From positions 1 through 53,687 of IMG/VR virus record IMGVR_UViG_3300037462_000020: 53,687 bases of DNA. One strand, 5' to 3'. Of the stretch, positions 17,139 through 28,300 are shown piece after piece (position 1 is the first letter of the stretch; each line of letters starts with the position of its first letter). The position numbers and the translations under genes were made by a program. A model generated the notes under the pieces. That model was not told the DNA's origin. It made no database searches and saw only the letters and a list, made by a program, of their open reading frames with translations. This stretch comes from a virus (lineage: Duplodnaviria; Caudoviricetes).

Positions 17139-20100
17139 TGGTCAGAGAAAACGTCGATATCGTCTTTCGTGAATCAGGTATCCGAGTCATCAAGAGAAAT
17201 CTCGATGAACTCGGTGAGTCTGCGAACCGTGCAACTCGCGGCGTGTTTCTTCTTCAGCGGGCACTGTTCGTTCTCGGTGGCTTCGGCATCACGAGGGCGT
17301 TGATCGCCCAAGCGGATGCGCTGACCAACCTTGAGAACAGACTTCGTCTGACCACGAACTCTTCTGTCGAGTTGCAGCAAGTTCAGACTGAACTGTTCGC
17401 TATCGCTCGTCGGTCTCGCGCCGATCTTGAAGGTGTGGCTCAGACCTATACCAGAACCGCGCTGTCTGCGAAAGCATTGGGTCGCTCTCAGGAAGAGGTT
17501 CTGAAGTTCACTGAGTCAGTCACGAAAGCTGCCGTGCTTTCTGGTGCAAGCACTCGAGAGATCAACGCCTCCCTGATCCAGCTTGGTCAGGGTATTGCGT
17601 CGAACCGCCTCGGTGGTGACGAACTTCGTTCTATTCTGGAACAGCTTCCGCTCGTTGCAGACATCATCGCAAAGGAACTCGGGGTGACCCGTGGTCAGCT
17701 TCGTGAACTCGGTTCCGAAGGCAAGATCACTGGCGACATCATTCTCGATGCCTTCAAGAATGCGGCCGACGAAATCGACGCTCTGTTCGCGAATACACAA
17801 CCGACGATTGAACAAGCGTTCACCGTGGCGAGAACGAACTTCCTGGAATTCTTGGATACGTTTGATGATGCGACTGGCGCTTCCGCGAAGCTGGCCAATG
17901 CGATCATCTTCGTTTCGCAGAACATCGATCTTCTCGTTCGGTCCGCCGCTGTTCTCGCTGGGCTTCTCGCTCTCAGCTTCGCTGGCTCTGTGTTGACTTC
18001 TATCTTCACCTACGCCAACGGTCTTCGTGCGACTGCTGTTCAAGCGACTGCTGTTCTCAATCGGCTGGTCGCCATTCGTGGTGCGACCGTTGCGAACACC
18101 GCTGCTCAGGTTGCAGCGAATGCTTCTCGTCAAGCACAACTCACGCAGAACCTTGCACTCATCGCTCAGAAGAAGGCCCTGCTCCAGCAAGAGGTCCTCG
18201 AGGCTCAGTTCGTTGTTCGCAATGGTCAGGCTCGAAATATTCAGACTGGTCAGTTCGTGAGGCTCTCCGCAGCGAAAGCGAACCTCGCTCGACTGACGCA
18301 GCAACTGAGTATCGTTGAAGGCGTGGAGGCCGCACAGGCCGCTAGGCTAACGCAAGCGCGGGCGGCACAGGCGGGGGCCACCAATGCCCTAGCAGGCGCA
18401 CAGGCGCGGCTTGGCGCGGCACAGGCGGCACAGGCGGGGCTTGGGGCAAGGCTGGCCGCACAGTTCCCGCTTCTGGCTGGTGCAATCAACGCCGCGAGAG
18501 TCGCACTCGGCGGTCTGTGGGCTTTGCTGGCCGCGAATCCGATCACCGCTGTCATCAGTCTGATCGCGGCACTGGTCATCGGTATCGTGGCCTTCGGCGA
18601 CAAGATCGAATTCGCAAGCCTCGGCTTCGTTACTCTGAAGGATCTCGCGGTTGCCTCTCTCCAGCTGATCAGCGAGGCTTTGGCTCCCTTCCTTGGGCCT
18701 ATCTGGGACTTCATAAAGAATGCGGTGTCGACTGTCGGCAGCGCGATTGGATCTGCGTTCTCGACCGCAGCGACTGTGATCGCTCAGGTGGTCACGACGA
18801 TCATCGACACCGTGACTTTCCTGCCTCGTGTGGTGATTGCGATTGTCGCTGGTATCAATGCAGCATGGGACTCGATTCCCGCTGCTGCTGGTGCTGCGAT
18901 TGACAAGTTGACCGATATGTTCGCGACTGGCATGGAGTTCATCGCCAATCTCGGCATCAAAGCTGTGAACAAGATCATCGAAGCGTTCAATGGTCTTGCT
19001 GGAACCAAGGTCGGCGAACTCCTTGGGATTGACGCCGCTGAACTCATTCCTGAAGCGACTTTCGATAATCTCCGGACGAACTTCGGCGGAAGCGGAAAAG
19101 CTGCTGGCGATGCTTTCTCGAGTGCTTTCACTTCGAGCCTCGAGTCTACTCGCATTGAGAACATCGTCGGGTCGATCGGAAGTCAGATCGTTCAGCGAGC
19201 CCAAGAGAATGCGGCTACCGCTCGCTCTGATCGTATGTTGCAGGAAATGGCTGCTCAACGCGCTGCTGAAGAAGCGGCTGCGAATAACATCGTTCCTGGA
19301 GACGTTGGTGGCGGCGGTGGCGGTGGAGGAGGCGGCGCTCAACAAGCTGACTTCGCCAGCAAGATCGCAGCTATGCAGCAAGAGATCCAACTTCTGCAAC
19401 TCGGAAACCGTGAGCGTAAGATCGCTCAGGAACTGATCAACATTGAGAAAGAACTGAAGCGCGGCCTGACTGATCAGGAACGCGAACTCGCTGTTGCGAC
19501 CATTCAGCAACTGGAGGCAGCGCGTCAACAGGCTGAGGTTCTCGAGAGCATCGTCGGTCCTCGTGAGAAAGCAATCGAGCAGATGACTGCTCTGAATGCT
19601 CTGTTCCAGCAAGGACGAATCAGTGTTCAGGAATATGCCGCTGCTGTTCTGGAGATGGGCAACGCCCTGAACGCTGCAAGCGGAACTCTGATGGGTGGCT
19701 TCAAGGCCGCTATCGGCGAATCCATCATGAACGTCTCCGAATTCGGGAAGGCGATCGGTGGTCAGTTCGTCGGGTTCGTCAACAGCGCCGCAGATGCTAT
19801 CGTCGAGTTCGCGAGAACTGGTAAGCTGAACATCAAGCAACTCTTCGCTGAACTGTTCGCGAACCTGCTCAAGCTGGCGGCTCAACAACTTCTGCTTCGA
19901 CTGCTCGGTAGCTTCCTCGGTATTCCTGGAGGCGGCATCGGTCTTGGAACTCCGGTCGGGTTCGCGACAGGTGGTTCTATTCTTCCTTCTGGGCCTGGAA
20001 CCACCGACAGCCAACTGGTTCAGTTCAAGAAGCGTCCTGATGAGCGTGTCGATATTCTTACGCCTCAGCAACAGAAAGCCCAAGCGAATGCGATGGCTGG

Positions 20101-20260
20101 AGGCGGCGGAACGACCGTGGTTCAATCTCCCCCGGTAAATGTTGCAGCGGTGCTTTCGCCGGGCGATATTGTGGGGGCCTTCGACAACTCTGATGGTGAA
20201 ACGGTCGTGGTCAACATGATCAGCCGTAACGCCTCGACCATCAAACGAATTCTGGGGTAA
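17135..20260 (+). CDS. tail tape measure protein
   Basis: 1041 aa, Ala-rich; tape-measure domain (QL.QG.AS..L.GDE.RSI.EQ.P); C-terminal GFATGG. Confidence 0.95.
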   Translation: MMVRENVDIVFRESGIRVIKRNLDELGESANRATRGVFLLQRALFVLGGFGITRALIAQADALTNLENRLRLTTNSSVELQQVQTELFAIARRSRADLEGVAQTYTRTALSAKALGRSQEEVLKFTESVTKAAVLSGASTREINASLIQLGQGIASNRLGGDELRSILEQLPLVADIIAKELGVTRGQLRELGSEGKITGDIILDAFKNAADEIDALFANTQPTIEQAFTVARTNFLEFLDTFDDATGASAKLANAIIFVSQNIDLLVRSAAVLAGLLALSFAGSVLTSIFTYANGLRATAVQATAVLNRLVAIRGATVANTAAQVAANASRQAQLTQNLALIAQKKALLQQEVLEAQFVVRNGQARNIQTGQFVRLSAAKANLARLTQQLSIVEGVEAAQAARLTQARAAQAGATNALAGAQARLGAAQAAQAGLGARLAAQFPLLAGAINAARVALGGLWALLAANPITAVISLIAALVIGIVAFGDKIEFASLGFVTLKDLAVASLQLISEALAPFLGPIWDFIKNAVSTVGSAIGSAFSTAATVIAQVVTTIIDTVTFLPRVVIAIVAGINAAWDSIPAAAGAAIDKLTDMFATGMEFIANLGIKAVNKIIEAFNGLAGTKVGELLGIDAAELIPEATFDNLRTNFGGSGKAAGDAFSSAFTSSLESTRIENIVGSIGSQIVQRAQENAATARSDRMLQEMAAQRAAEEAAANNIVPGDVGGGGGGGGGGAQQADFASKIAAMQQEIQLLQLGNRERKIAQELINIEKELKRGLTDQERELAVATIQQLEAARQQAEVLESIVGPREKAIEQMTALNALFQQGRISVQEYAAAVLEMGNALNAASGTLMGGFKAAIGESIMNVSEFGKAIGGQFVGFVNSAADAIVEFARTGKLNIKQLFAELFANLLKLAAQQLLLRLLGSFLGIPGGGIGLGTPVGFATGGSILPSGPGTTDSQLVQFKKRPDERVDILTPQQQKAQANAMAGGGGTTVVQSPPVNVAAVLSPGDIVGAFDNSDGETVVVNMISRNASTIKRILG
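18327..18465. other. GA/TC-free island inside the tape measure gene
   Basis: No GA or TC dinucleotide over ~139 bp; repeated GCACAGGC. Confidence 0.85.
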
Positions 20261-20263
20261 GAC

Positions 20264-21754
20264 ATGCCTTTCGCGACTGGAACAGCCCGCACTCCGAGTG
20301 AACTTCTCAACGCTATCAACACGTTGATGACGGCGAACGGCTGGACCCGTCTGCGTGGTGAAACCGACATGAACTGCGCGGCTCCGAAAGCTGCTCGGTA
20401 TTGGCGGATCATTGTGTGGGAAATTCAGACCACGACCGACGACTTTCCTGGAGTTCAGCGTCTGCATCTTCGAACGACGATTGGTGGAGCCAACGTGGCG
20501 ACGAACGGTGCGAACTGGTCCTTCAATTCTCTTGGAACTGGCTCTGGAGCGCTGCTCGTTTCTGGTGGGAATACTCGTGCCGCAGATATCGATAATGGTC
20601 CTTGGATTCTGACTTACGACTTCGGATCTCCGACGACTATTCGTGAAATCGAAATGCAAGCTGACACCACGGTCGGCAACACTCCTCGCGACTTCTGCGT
20701 TCAGTGGTCGAACGACAATATCACCTGGACTACGATGGCTCAGTTCACAGCCCCGACGTGGACCGCTTCTCAGGTTCGTCAGTTCTCGTGGGCTGATGGC
20801 TCTCTGTATTCTCGACATGTCGCCGCTGATGCTCCTCGTCGGACAGGAACGTCTGGAGCGTGGACTGATTTCACCGTTCAATGGAATCCGACTTCTACCC
20901 ACAGAGACATGTCCAACGACACCTTCATCTGGCAGGGTCCTGGATACGATGCTTCTCGTCGTGTCTATATTCATGCTCGAGGAATGTGCCGAGAAGCTTC
21001 CGATACTCACATGATCAGTTTCGGATATGCCACTGGACACGATGCTGGAATTATCGGTTTCAATAACCAAATTGGATCTCCGACCGTAGATCGCACTCTG
21101 CTCATGAACTCCTCTCCGGTTGCTTTTTGGATTTATTGCAACTCTAAGAGACTGATTGTCATCACCAGAAGCGGAACTCAAGATTATACTTCGGCCTACG
21201 TCGGCTTCATGTCCGTGTTCGCGACTCCAGATCAATGGCCGTTTCCATTGGCCTGCACGACCACTTCTCTGGACGATAGCACCCATGTCTTCGGGGACAA
21301 CAACGCAAGACTTTCCTCTGCCGCCGATCCGGGTTTGAACGCTGGTGTCTGCCGTCTTTGGGACGGAACGCAACTTTCCATCAGCAATCGCCCGAACAAC
21401 GTGGTGAGTAATCTGTATCTTGCAAACGGAAACACTTGGGTTTCTCCATACTTCTATGGATGCTCTGGTCTAACTGATTGGCCTGGAGACCATACCGGAA
21501 ATCGGGTTGACTATCTTGGCCACTTCTTCGATCGTATAGATCCGAGTGTTCAGGGGCATCTGCCTCTATTTCCGTGTGTCGTTCAGGACAGGCTCTATGG
21601 AAACCTCGGAGTCCTGGACGGTCTTTTCGGAATTCCAGGTGGCGGCGTGTTGACTGCTACTCAGCTGATCACAGTCGCTGGTCAGAATTATCGGATCTTT
21701 CCGAATCGAACTCGCCGTGAAGGCGTCAACTGGTTTGCGGTTCGGGAGGACTGA
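20264..21754 (+). CDS. tail structural protein with a discoidin/carbohydrate-binding-like insert
   Basis: After the tape measure; ARYWRI and W...YDFGSP..IRE...PRDF.VQWS.DN..WT motifs. Confidence 0.75.
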   Translation: MPFATGTARTPSELLNAINTLMTANGWTRLRGETDMNCAAPKAARYWRIIVWEIQTTTDDFPGVQRLHLRTTIGGANVATNGANWSFNSLGTGSGALLVSGGNTRAADIDNGPWILTYDFGSPTTIREIEMQADTTVGNTPRDFCVQWSNDNITWTTMAQFTAPTWTASQVRQFSWADGSLYSRHVAADAPRRTGTSGAWTDFTVQWNPTSTHRDMSNDTFIWQGPGYDASRRVYIHARGMCREASDTHMISFGYATGHDAGIIGFNNQIGSPTVDRTLLMNSSPVAFWIYCNSKRLIVITRSGTQDYTSAYVGFMSVFATPDQWPFPLACTTTSLDDSTHVFGDNNARLSSAADPGLNAGVCRLWDGTQLSISNRPNNVVSNLYLANGNTWVSPYFYGCSGLTDWPGDHTGNRVDYLGHFFDRIDPSVQGHLPLFPCVVQDRLYGNLGVLDGLFGIPGGGVLTATQLITVAGQNYRIFPNRTRREGVNWFAVRED

Positions 21755-21755
21755 T

Positions 21756-22847
21756 ATGTCGTATTCAACTGGCTCTGGTGACTATATCGCTCTCATGAAC
21801 GCTGTTCTGGCGTTTGCGATAGCTGACGGGTGGACAACGACTGGTGGAAACTGGCCGATCAGTAAGGGTGTCGTTCGGGGCGTCGACTGGTCCACGTTCA
21901 CTCAGGCGGAGCCTGACTTCACCGCTCTTGGTGGAGCGAACAGAACTGCTCGATATATTCGTCTCGCTGTTGGGACAAGTCGCCCAGACGCGACCACGAA
22001 CGCAGCTTCAAGTGTGACTTCTGCTCTAGTTCCGAATATGGAGCGGACTTTCACCTCTTGGCATATCTTCTCTGATCCAGGAATCGGAAAGCCTGATTAT
22101 ATTCATGTTGTGGTCCAATTCTCTAACGGACTCGATCCTTCTTGTTGGTGCCACTTCTCCTTCGGTGAGATCGATCGTAACGGGATGACTCACACTGGAT
22201 GCGCTTATGCTGCATCCAATACGATGAGGGCTTATGTCGGAGGAAACGATTTCAGCTTCATCGGCTCTGAGTCGAGAGATTGGAACGGAGGTTTCAATGG
22301 AAGGAACCTCGGAATTTTCACTGGAACTGTCGGTCTCACAAGTTCTCCGAGATACTACAACAACGTCGGTCAGAGTCTGGTCGTTATCATCGATGGAACC
22401 GTGAGCCCTATTCCGGCGAGCGGATGGCCTCTGGTGAACACTGTTCTCGGCAGAGACAACTTCCTCAATATGACCTCGTTCTCTGCTGAATGGACAAACA
22501 ACAAAGGCCGTGATGTCATTACGGGATCTGCTCTCAACAAAGGTTTCCGTTACGCGACGATGGCTTCCTGCGCTCGAGCTCAGCCCTATTCTGGAGCGTT
22601 GTCGACAGCACCTTTCCATCTTGTGATCATGAACGGCGTAAGCAACGCTGCCCGTGCTATTTTCCTGGGAACTTTTCCTGGAGTTCGGAACACGAGCGTG
22701 GAAGATTACGGCGAAGGTGATGAGGTTACGTTCGCGTCCGATACTTTCAAACTGTTTCCGTATCTGGTCAAGAAAGACTGGTCAACTCTGGAAACCAACG
22801 TGGTCACTTCCGCTCATATGGGCCTCGCGTATAAGAGGGTCGCCTGA
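21756..22847 (+). CDS. tail structural protein
   Basis: RBS GGGAGG; N-terminus resembles that of the preceding gene. Confidence 0.75.
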   Translation: MSYSTGSGDYIALMNAVLAFAIADGWTTTGGNWPISKGVVRGVDWSTFTQAEPDFTALGGANRTARYIRLAVGTSRPDATTNAASSVTSALVPNMERTFTSWHIFSDPGIGKPDYIHVVVQFSNGLDPSCWCHFSFGEIDRNGMTHTGCAYAASNTMRAYVGGNDFSFIGSESRDWNGGFNGRNLGIFTGTVGLTSSPRYYNNVGQSLVVIIDGTVSPIPASGWPLVNTVLGRDNFLNMTSFSAEWTNNKGRDVITGSALNKGFRYATMASCARAQPYSGALSTAPFHLVIMNGVSNAARAIFLGTFPGVRNTSVEDYGEGDEVTFASDTFKLFPYLVKKDWSTLETNVVTSAHMGLAYKRVA

Positions 22848-24562
22848 TGTTCTTGATAGAGTCTCTTGGGGTTGGTCTGTTCAACGGAACTGTCACAATC
22901 GATGTGACTTTTCCGCTTGATCAGGGCTACATTCCGAGAGGTCCTGGTCAAGAGTCTTTCGGCAACACAGAATCTCTGGCTAATCAACCGGAGTTGTTCA
23001 CTACAACTATCGGTCCGGTAGTCAACGAGGCTTTGATCGGAAGCGGACTTCCAGTCGCTGCCTCAGACCAGCACTATGACTACCACTATCGTCTCTGGGT
23101 CTTTCCGACTGTTCTTCAGTTGACCAACCCGCAATTGGGAGTGAACATTCCGTTCCGTATCTGGAACACTCGGTATGATAACGAGACTATTTCGTCCGTT
23201 CTGGTGAATGGCTCCGAAGTTCTGACCTTTGACGTCGGACCTGGAACTGTGCTGACCTCGTTCCAGTTCCGCGAAGTGAACATGCAGATTGGCCCAGGAG
23301 AGTCGACTGTCGATGCTCTCGTGGAGTTTGTCACGGAGAACATGGAGGGAATTCTTCGTGTCATCGCGGCTATCTCTGACACGTTCAATCTGATTCCTGA
23401 TGTTCCTGTTCGCGAGATCTGGGAGTTCAAGACTGATATTCTTGAGAACTACCGTGGTCAAGAGCAGCGCATCGCTCTGCGTCGATATCCTCGAATTCGT
23501 CAAGAGTTCGATGTCGAGATCATCGATCTTCGCCAGCGTCGCGAACAGTATCTGCTTCTGCGGAAGAACATTGTCGTTCAGTCGCTGATTGCTTTCTATC
23601 AGTATGGAGTTCCTGTCAACGGCCTGAGCGTTACCGGATCAACGAAGATATTCTGTGAGACCAGAAGGTCGAACTTCCGAGTTGACGAGTTCGTGGCTGT
23701 CGTGAACACGACGACCGAAGAGTTGTTCCTTGGAAAGGTTACGCTCATTGAACCTGATGGAGTGACGGTGAACTCTGCTATCGGTTTCGACATCGATGGC
23801 ATCAATCAGGCTTGGGTCGCCATGCCTTCTTTCAACTGTCTGGTTGAAGATGGCAGCGGCATCACAATGAACATGGTCACTGGCAGGCTTTCGATCAAAG
23901 CTGATACCTACAGCGATCCTTCTCTGCTTCGACCTGGAGCGACCAGAGTAATCGATACCTTCGATGGTATTCCGTGGTTGAACCGTCGGCACCTGACGTC
24001 AGCGCCTGAAGACTTCTCCTATCGTCGTGATGTTATCGACAGTGAAGTCGGCATCCGTGATGTGAACAGTAGGGACTTCCATCCGAAGATCAGTGGAAAC
24101 AGAAAGTTCGTAATTCAGCGCAATGCTGATCCTGATGAAATGGATTACTGGCGTTCTCTGTTCGATACCACTCGCGGAGCCCAGAAGTCGTTTCTGATGT
24201 CCACCTATTTTCCGGACCTCACTCTCACTCCTGGGCAGCTTCCACTCTCAGACGGTGCATCTTCTTTCATCATCAATGAAGGTGATGCGAACTCTCTGCT
24301 TCTGTCCTACGATTCGTGGAGCAGAATTGAGGTCACTCATTCTAGCGGTGAGAGAACTCAGCACAAGATAACTTCCAGAACTGCAAACCTCGATGGAACT
24401 GTGACTATCGGCTTCACTCCTGCATTTCCGAACGGAACAGCCTACAGAAACCCGAGGATGGTCAGCTACCTTATGCGTGTGAGAGCAACGGACAGGGTTG
24501 CTTGGGAACACTTTGCGAACTATAGTGAGGTCAGCTTCGGCTTCGTATCATCGGATGAATAA
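22847..24562 (+). CDS. tail tip/distal tail-related protein
   Basis: E..EF.TDI......EQR.ALR..PR motif; position in the tail-tip cluster. Confidence 0.75.
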   Translation: MFLIESLGVGLFNGTVTIDVTFPLDQGYIPRGPGQESFGNTESLANQPELFTTTIGPVVNEALIGSGLPVAASDQHYDYHYRLWVFPTVLQLTNPQLGVNIPFRIWNTRYDNETISSVLVNGSEVLTFDVGPGTVLTSFQFREVNMQIGPGESTVDALVEFVTENMEGILRVIAAISDTFNLIPDVPVREIWEFKTDILENYRGQEQRIALRRYPRIRQEFDVEIIDLRQRREQYLLLRKNIVVQSLIAFYQYGVPVNGLSVTGSTKIFCETRRSNFRVDEFVAVVNTTTEELFLGKVTLIEPDGVTVNSAIGFDIDGINQAWVAMPSFNCLVEDGSGITMNMVTGRLSIKADTYSDPSLLRPGATRVIDTFDGIPWLNRRHLTSAPEDFSYRRDVIDSEVGIRDVNSRDFHPKISGNRKFVIQRNADPDEMDYWRSLFDTTRGAQKSFLMSTYFPDLTLTPGQLPLSDGASSFIINEGDANSLLLSYDSWSRIEVTHSSGERTQHKITSRTANLDGTVTIGFTPAFPNGTAYRNPRMVSYLMRVRATDRVAWEHFANYSEVSFGFVSSDE

Positions 24563-25368
24563 TGCCATATAACGACGACGAGATCAGCGCAACAAGTGGT
24601 CGTCCCCTGGAACTCTATACGTTCTCGGGGACTTACAACACTTATCGAATGACGAGCGCAGCTTTCCAAATCACCAGTGGTGGCTCGAACTTCATTCCAA
24701 CTCCGATCAAGCGTTCTCGGCTCAAGGTGTCAACCCAAGAGCAGACAGAGGCTGCGCTGGAAATCGAGATTCCGTTCGACCATCCTCTGGTCCGTGAATA
24801 TGCTTACGAGAATGCTCCACCGAACCTGACCATGAACCTGCGTCGTTGCCACGAGAGCGACTTCAACGATACGGTTCTTCTGTGGAACGGTCGTGTGACT
24901 GGATTCACTGTTGAAGGCCGGTTGGCGAAGCTGAGAGTTCCCGCGCTGTTCTCATACGTTCTCGAGGGCAACACGCCGACGCCTCGCTTTCAGGCTCCCT
25001 GTAATCATGTTCTTTACGATGCTCGTTGCGGTGTCGATCCTGCGACCCACCAACACATTACGACTGTGCTGTCGATTGTTGGAAATCAACTGACTGTCGC
25101 CAGTCTTCCGTTCGCACCCAATGAAGCTGCTGCTGGTATGGTGATCGCCCCATCTGGCGAATCTCGCATGGTGATCAGCAACGTCGGCACTTCTGTCACT
25201 CTCAGCTACAGCTTCGCTGGCTTGGAGATCGGCCAGTCCATTACCATTCGCAAAGGCTGTGATCACTCGTTTGAGGGTCACTGTAAAACTCGTTTCGCCA
25301 ATGGCGCTCGCTTCGGTGGGTTTCCTCTGGTGCCTGCCCGCAATCCTTTCACGAGCACACTCGAATGA
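24562..25368 (+). CDS. tail hub protein (BR0599/DUF2163-like)
   Basis: Q..C.H.LYD..CGV and GCD.....C..RF.N...FGGFP..P..NPF Cys motifs. Confidence 0.88.
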   Translation: MPYNDDEISATSGRPLELYTFSGTYNTYRMTSAAFQITSGGSNFIPTPIKRSRLKVSTQEQTEAALEIEIPFDHPLVREYAYENAPPNLTMNLRRCHESDFNDTVLLWNGRVTGFTVEGRLAKLRVPALFSYVLEGNTPTPRFQAPCNHVLYDARCGVDPATHQHITTVLSIVGNQLTVASLPFAPNEAAAGMVIAPSGESRMVISNVGTSVTLSYSFAGLEIGQSITIRKGCDHSFEGHCKTRFANGARFGGFPLVPARNPFTSTLE

Positions 25369-28300
25369 TCTGGTTCACACTCGCACTCTTCGTGGTCTCG
25401 TTTCTGCTGACGGCTCTGCTCGCGCCGAAGCCTCAGTTCGAAAATGCACGGCCTGATCAGCTGAACCCTGACAGCTTTCCTCGCGCGACCGAGAATGCGC
25501 CCATTCCTCTCGTCTTGGGCAAGGTGCGGATGGAAGCCCCGAACACGATCTGGTATGGACACTTCGAGTCTCGTCCGATCACTGAACGTATTCGTGTCAG
25601 TCTGTTCAAGAAGAAGACAGTCACAGTAGGTCACACCTACTATCTCGGTCTGAACCTCGCTCTGGCGATGGGGCCGAGAACTGCTCTGCGTGAAATCTAC
25701 TGTGATGATAAGCTGCTGTGGTCTGGCTCCACAAACCTCACGACTCCGACTTCTTTCAGTATCGATCAGCCGACTTTCTTCGGTGGCCACAAGGAAGGCG
25801 GTGGCTTCGCTTCTTCCTGCACCTATTATCCCGGAGCGCTGGACCTCACTGGCAACCCGATCGATAGCTATCTGGTCAGCCAGCTTGGCGCTGGAAACGT
25901 GCCTGCCTATCTCGGCACAGCGCACATCGTCTTCAATCAGGCTTACATCGGCGAGACTGCTGGTCTTCGCAAGATGGCCTTCGTTCTCGAGAACTACAGC
26001 AACGCTCTCGGTCTGCCGAACAACGGCAAGATCGGCGATGATATGAATCCTGCCGAAGCGATCTACCAGATCATGACCGATACTTGGCGTGGCATGGGTC
26101 TTGATCCTGCGATCATCAACGTGCCTCAGCTTCAAGCGATCGGAACTACCCTGTTCAATGAAGGCAATGGCTGCTCTGTTCTCGTGACTGCTGAAAGCAA
26201 TGGCACTCAGCTGATCCAGGAAATCTTCCGTCAGATTGATGCCATCGCCTATCAAGATCCTGACAACGGTCAGATCAACTTCATTCTGATTCGTGATGAC
26301 TATGATCCTGACACTCTGCCAGTCTACGACGAACTCGATGTTCTGAAAGTCGTGAACTTCTCGCGTTCCGGCTGGGATGAGGTTGTCGCCCAAGTGAAGG
26401 TGACCTTCCCGCAGCGTGATCGTGAAAGTGATGCAGTCGCTATCTCTCAGGACATGGCAACTGTAGCGATGATCGGTCGTCTTCGGTCAACCACAATCTC
26501 AATGCCGTTCGTCTACGACAAGACACTGGCTGCGAACATCGCTTCTCGTGAACGGGCTCAGCTTTCTGTTCCTTTGTTCCGCATCACTCTGGAGATGAAT
26601 AGAAACGCTTACGGTCTCCGTCCCGGTTCGGTGTTCAAGCTGGACTGGCCTGAGTATGGTTTCTCTGGTCTCGTTCTGCGAGTTCAGGAGTTTGACCTCG
26701 GCTCTCTGCTTGATGGCAAGATCATTGTCAAGTGTCTACAAGACAGTTTCTCTCTGGCGACCACCGTGTTCGCTCCGCCGCCTGACTCTGCTTGGGTTGC
26801 TCCTGTCACAGACCCAATGCCGATTGTCAACTCGGTTGTCATCGAGATGCCGAAGTTCTTCGCACAGCAGATCGAGTATCCAATCGATGACGGTCGCGTA
26901 GGCTATATCCCTCTCGCTGCGAAACCCGGAGCGGCTTCCAACGCTTTCGACTTCGCCGCTGGTGAAGTGACTGGAGTGCTTGACTCTCGTGATCCTGAAT
27001 ATGCTCAGTATGTCGGCTCTGGTGTGCTGACTGCTGTGTATCTCAACACGGCTGGTATCGAGAACGGTTTTGACAGCACCGGAACTATTCAAGTCAACGG
27101 CGCGAACGGAAGCATTTTCTCTGGCTCTCCACTCGCAACTATTCGTGACGGTGACGGTGGTCTTCTCTGGATCAACGGTGAATGGCTTGGTTTCACAACT
27201 GCTGTCGATCTTGGCGGCGGCGCTTGGAACCTGAGCGGCATCTATCGTGGTCTGTTCGGCACTCGTCCTCTGACGCACAACATCGGCACTCGCGTCTATC
27301 AGGTGTCCACTGACTTCCTGCCGAGTGGCGTGATTGAACTTGCCGAAGGAGCAACGCTGTTCTTCAAGTTTCTGGATCGCGCTGGTCGCAAGGCCCAAGA
27401 ACTGTCGCAGGTCTCACAGTCTACAATCGTTCTTAATGGCAACGTCCAGAACCGTCCGCTTCGGCCGAGTTTCCTTCAACTCGCTGGGCAGCGCACCGGA
27501 ATTTCCATCAACGACTTTGTTGCAAAGTCACTGACTTGGAGGCCCAGAAACAGACTGGTCACTCAGGCTGCGATCGAAGATGATGCTGCTCAGACTCCTG
27601 ATATCGCAGAGACCTATGACGTTGATGTAATGGTCAATGGTGTTCGAAATTCCACGCTCTCTGGTGTGAGCGTGACTAGCCCATACGTCGTTCCTTTCAA
27701 CCTGACAAACATCAATCAACTGAACTGTGAGTTCCGTGTATTCGCTCGCCGCACCGCTGGTGACTCGAGAGTTTCTGCGACTTACGCATGGCTTCCGTTC
27801 GAGATGAACCAGACCTACTCGCCTCCGGCTGATCCTCACATCGCGAGCGTGGTTCTGCTCATTGGTGCAGAGGGTGCAGATGGATCAACGACCATCATCG
27901 ACGAAAGCCCCGTCGGTCGGACCCTGACTGCCAACGGCGCTTGCGCGATCGAGACCACTGGCGCTCTACAACAGACCTCCAGTCTCGCGGTCAACCAAGC
28001 GAACGAAGGCACTGGCTTCCTCAACGCGGGTGCATCCAGCGACTTCAACTTCGGCACTGGTGACTTCACTATCGAAGGATGGGCGAAGTCCAACTTCAAC
28101 GACGCCATTTTCTTCCACTCGATCATCGGTAACTTCACGGGAACCGATACTGGAAGCTGGAGCGTGTTCGTCACTGATGATCCGACGAACAATATCAACT
28201 TCACGGTTGATCAGGCGTCTGGATCGTTCGACCTCTCTGGAACCACCGATCTTGGAACTGGCATCTTCCACTTTGCGGTTTCTCGCAACGGCACCACGGT

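Noticed and set aside
18389-21373. 994-aa minus-strand ORF and many other long antisense ORFs
   Set aside because: They shadow well-supported + strand genes, carry no recognisable motifs, and are expected from codon bias that leaves few antisense stops.
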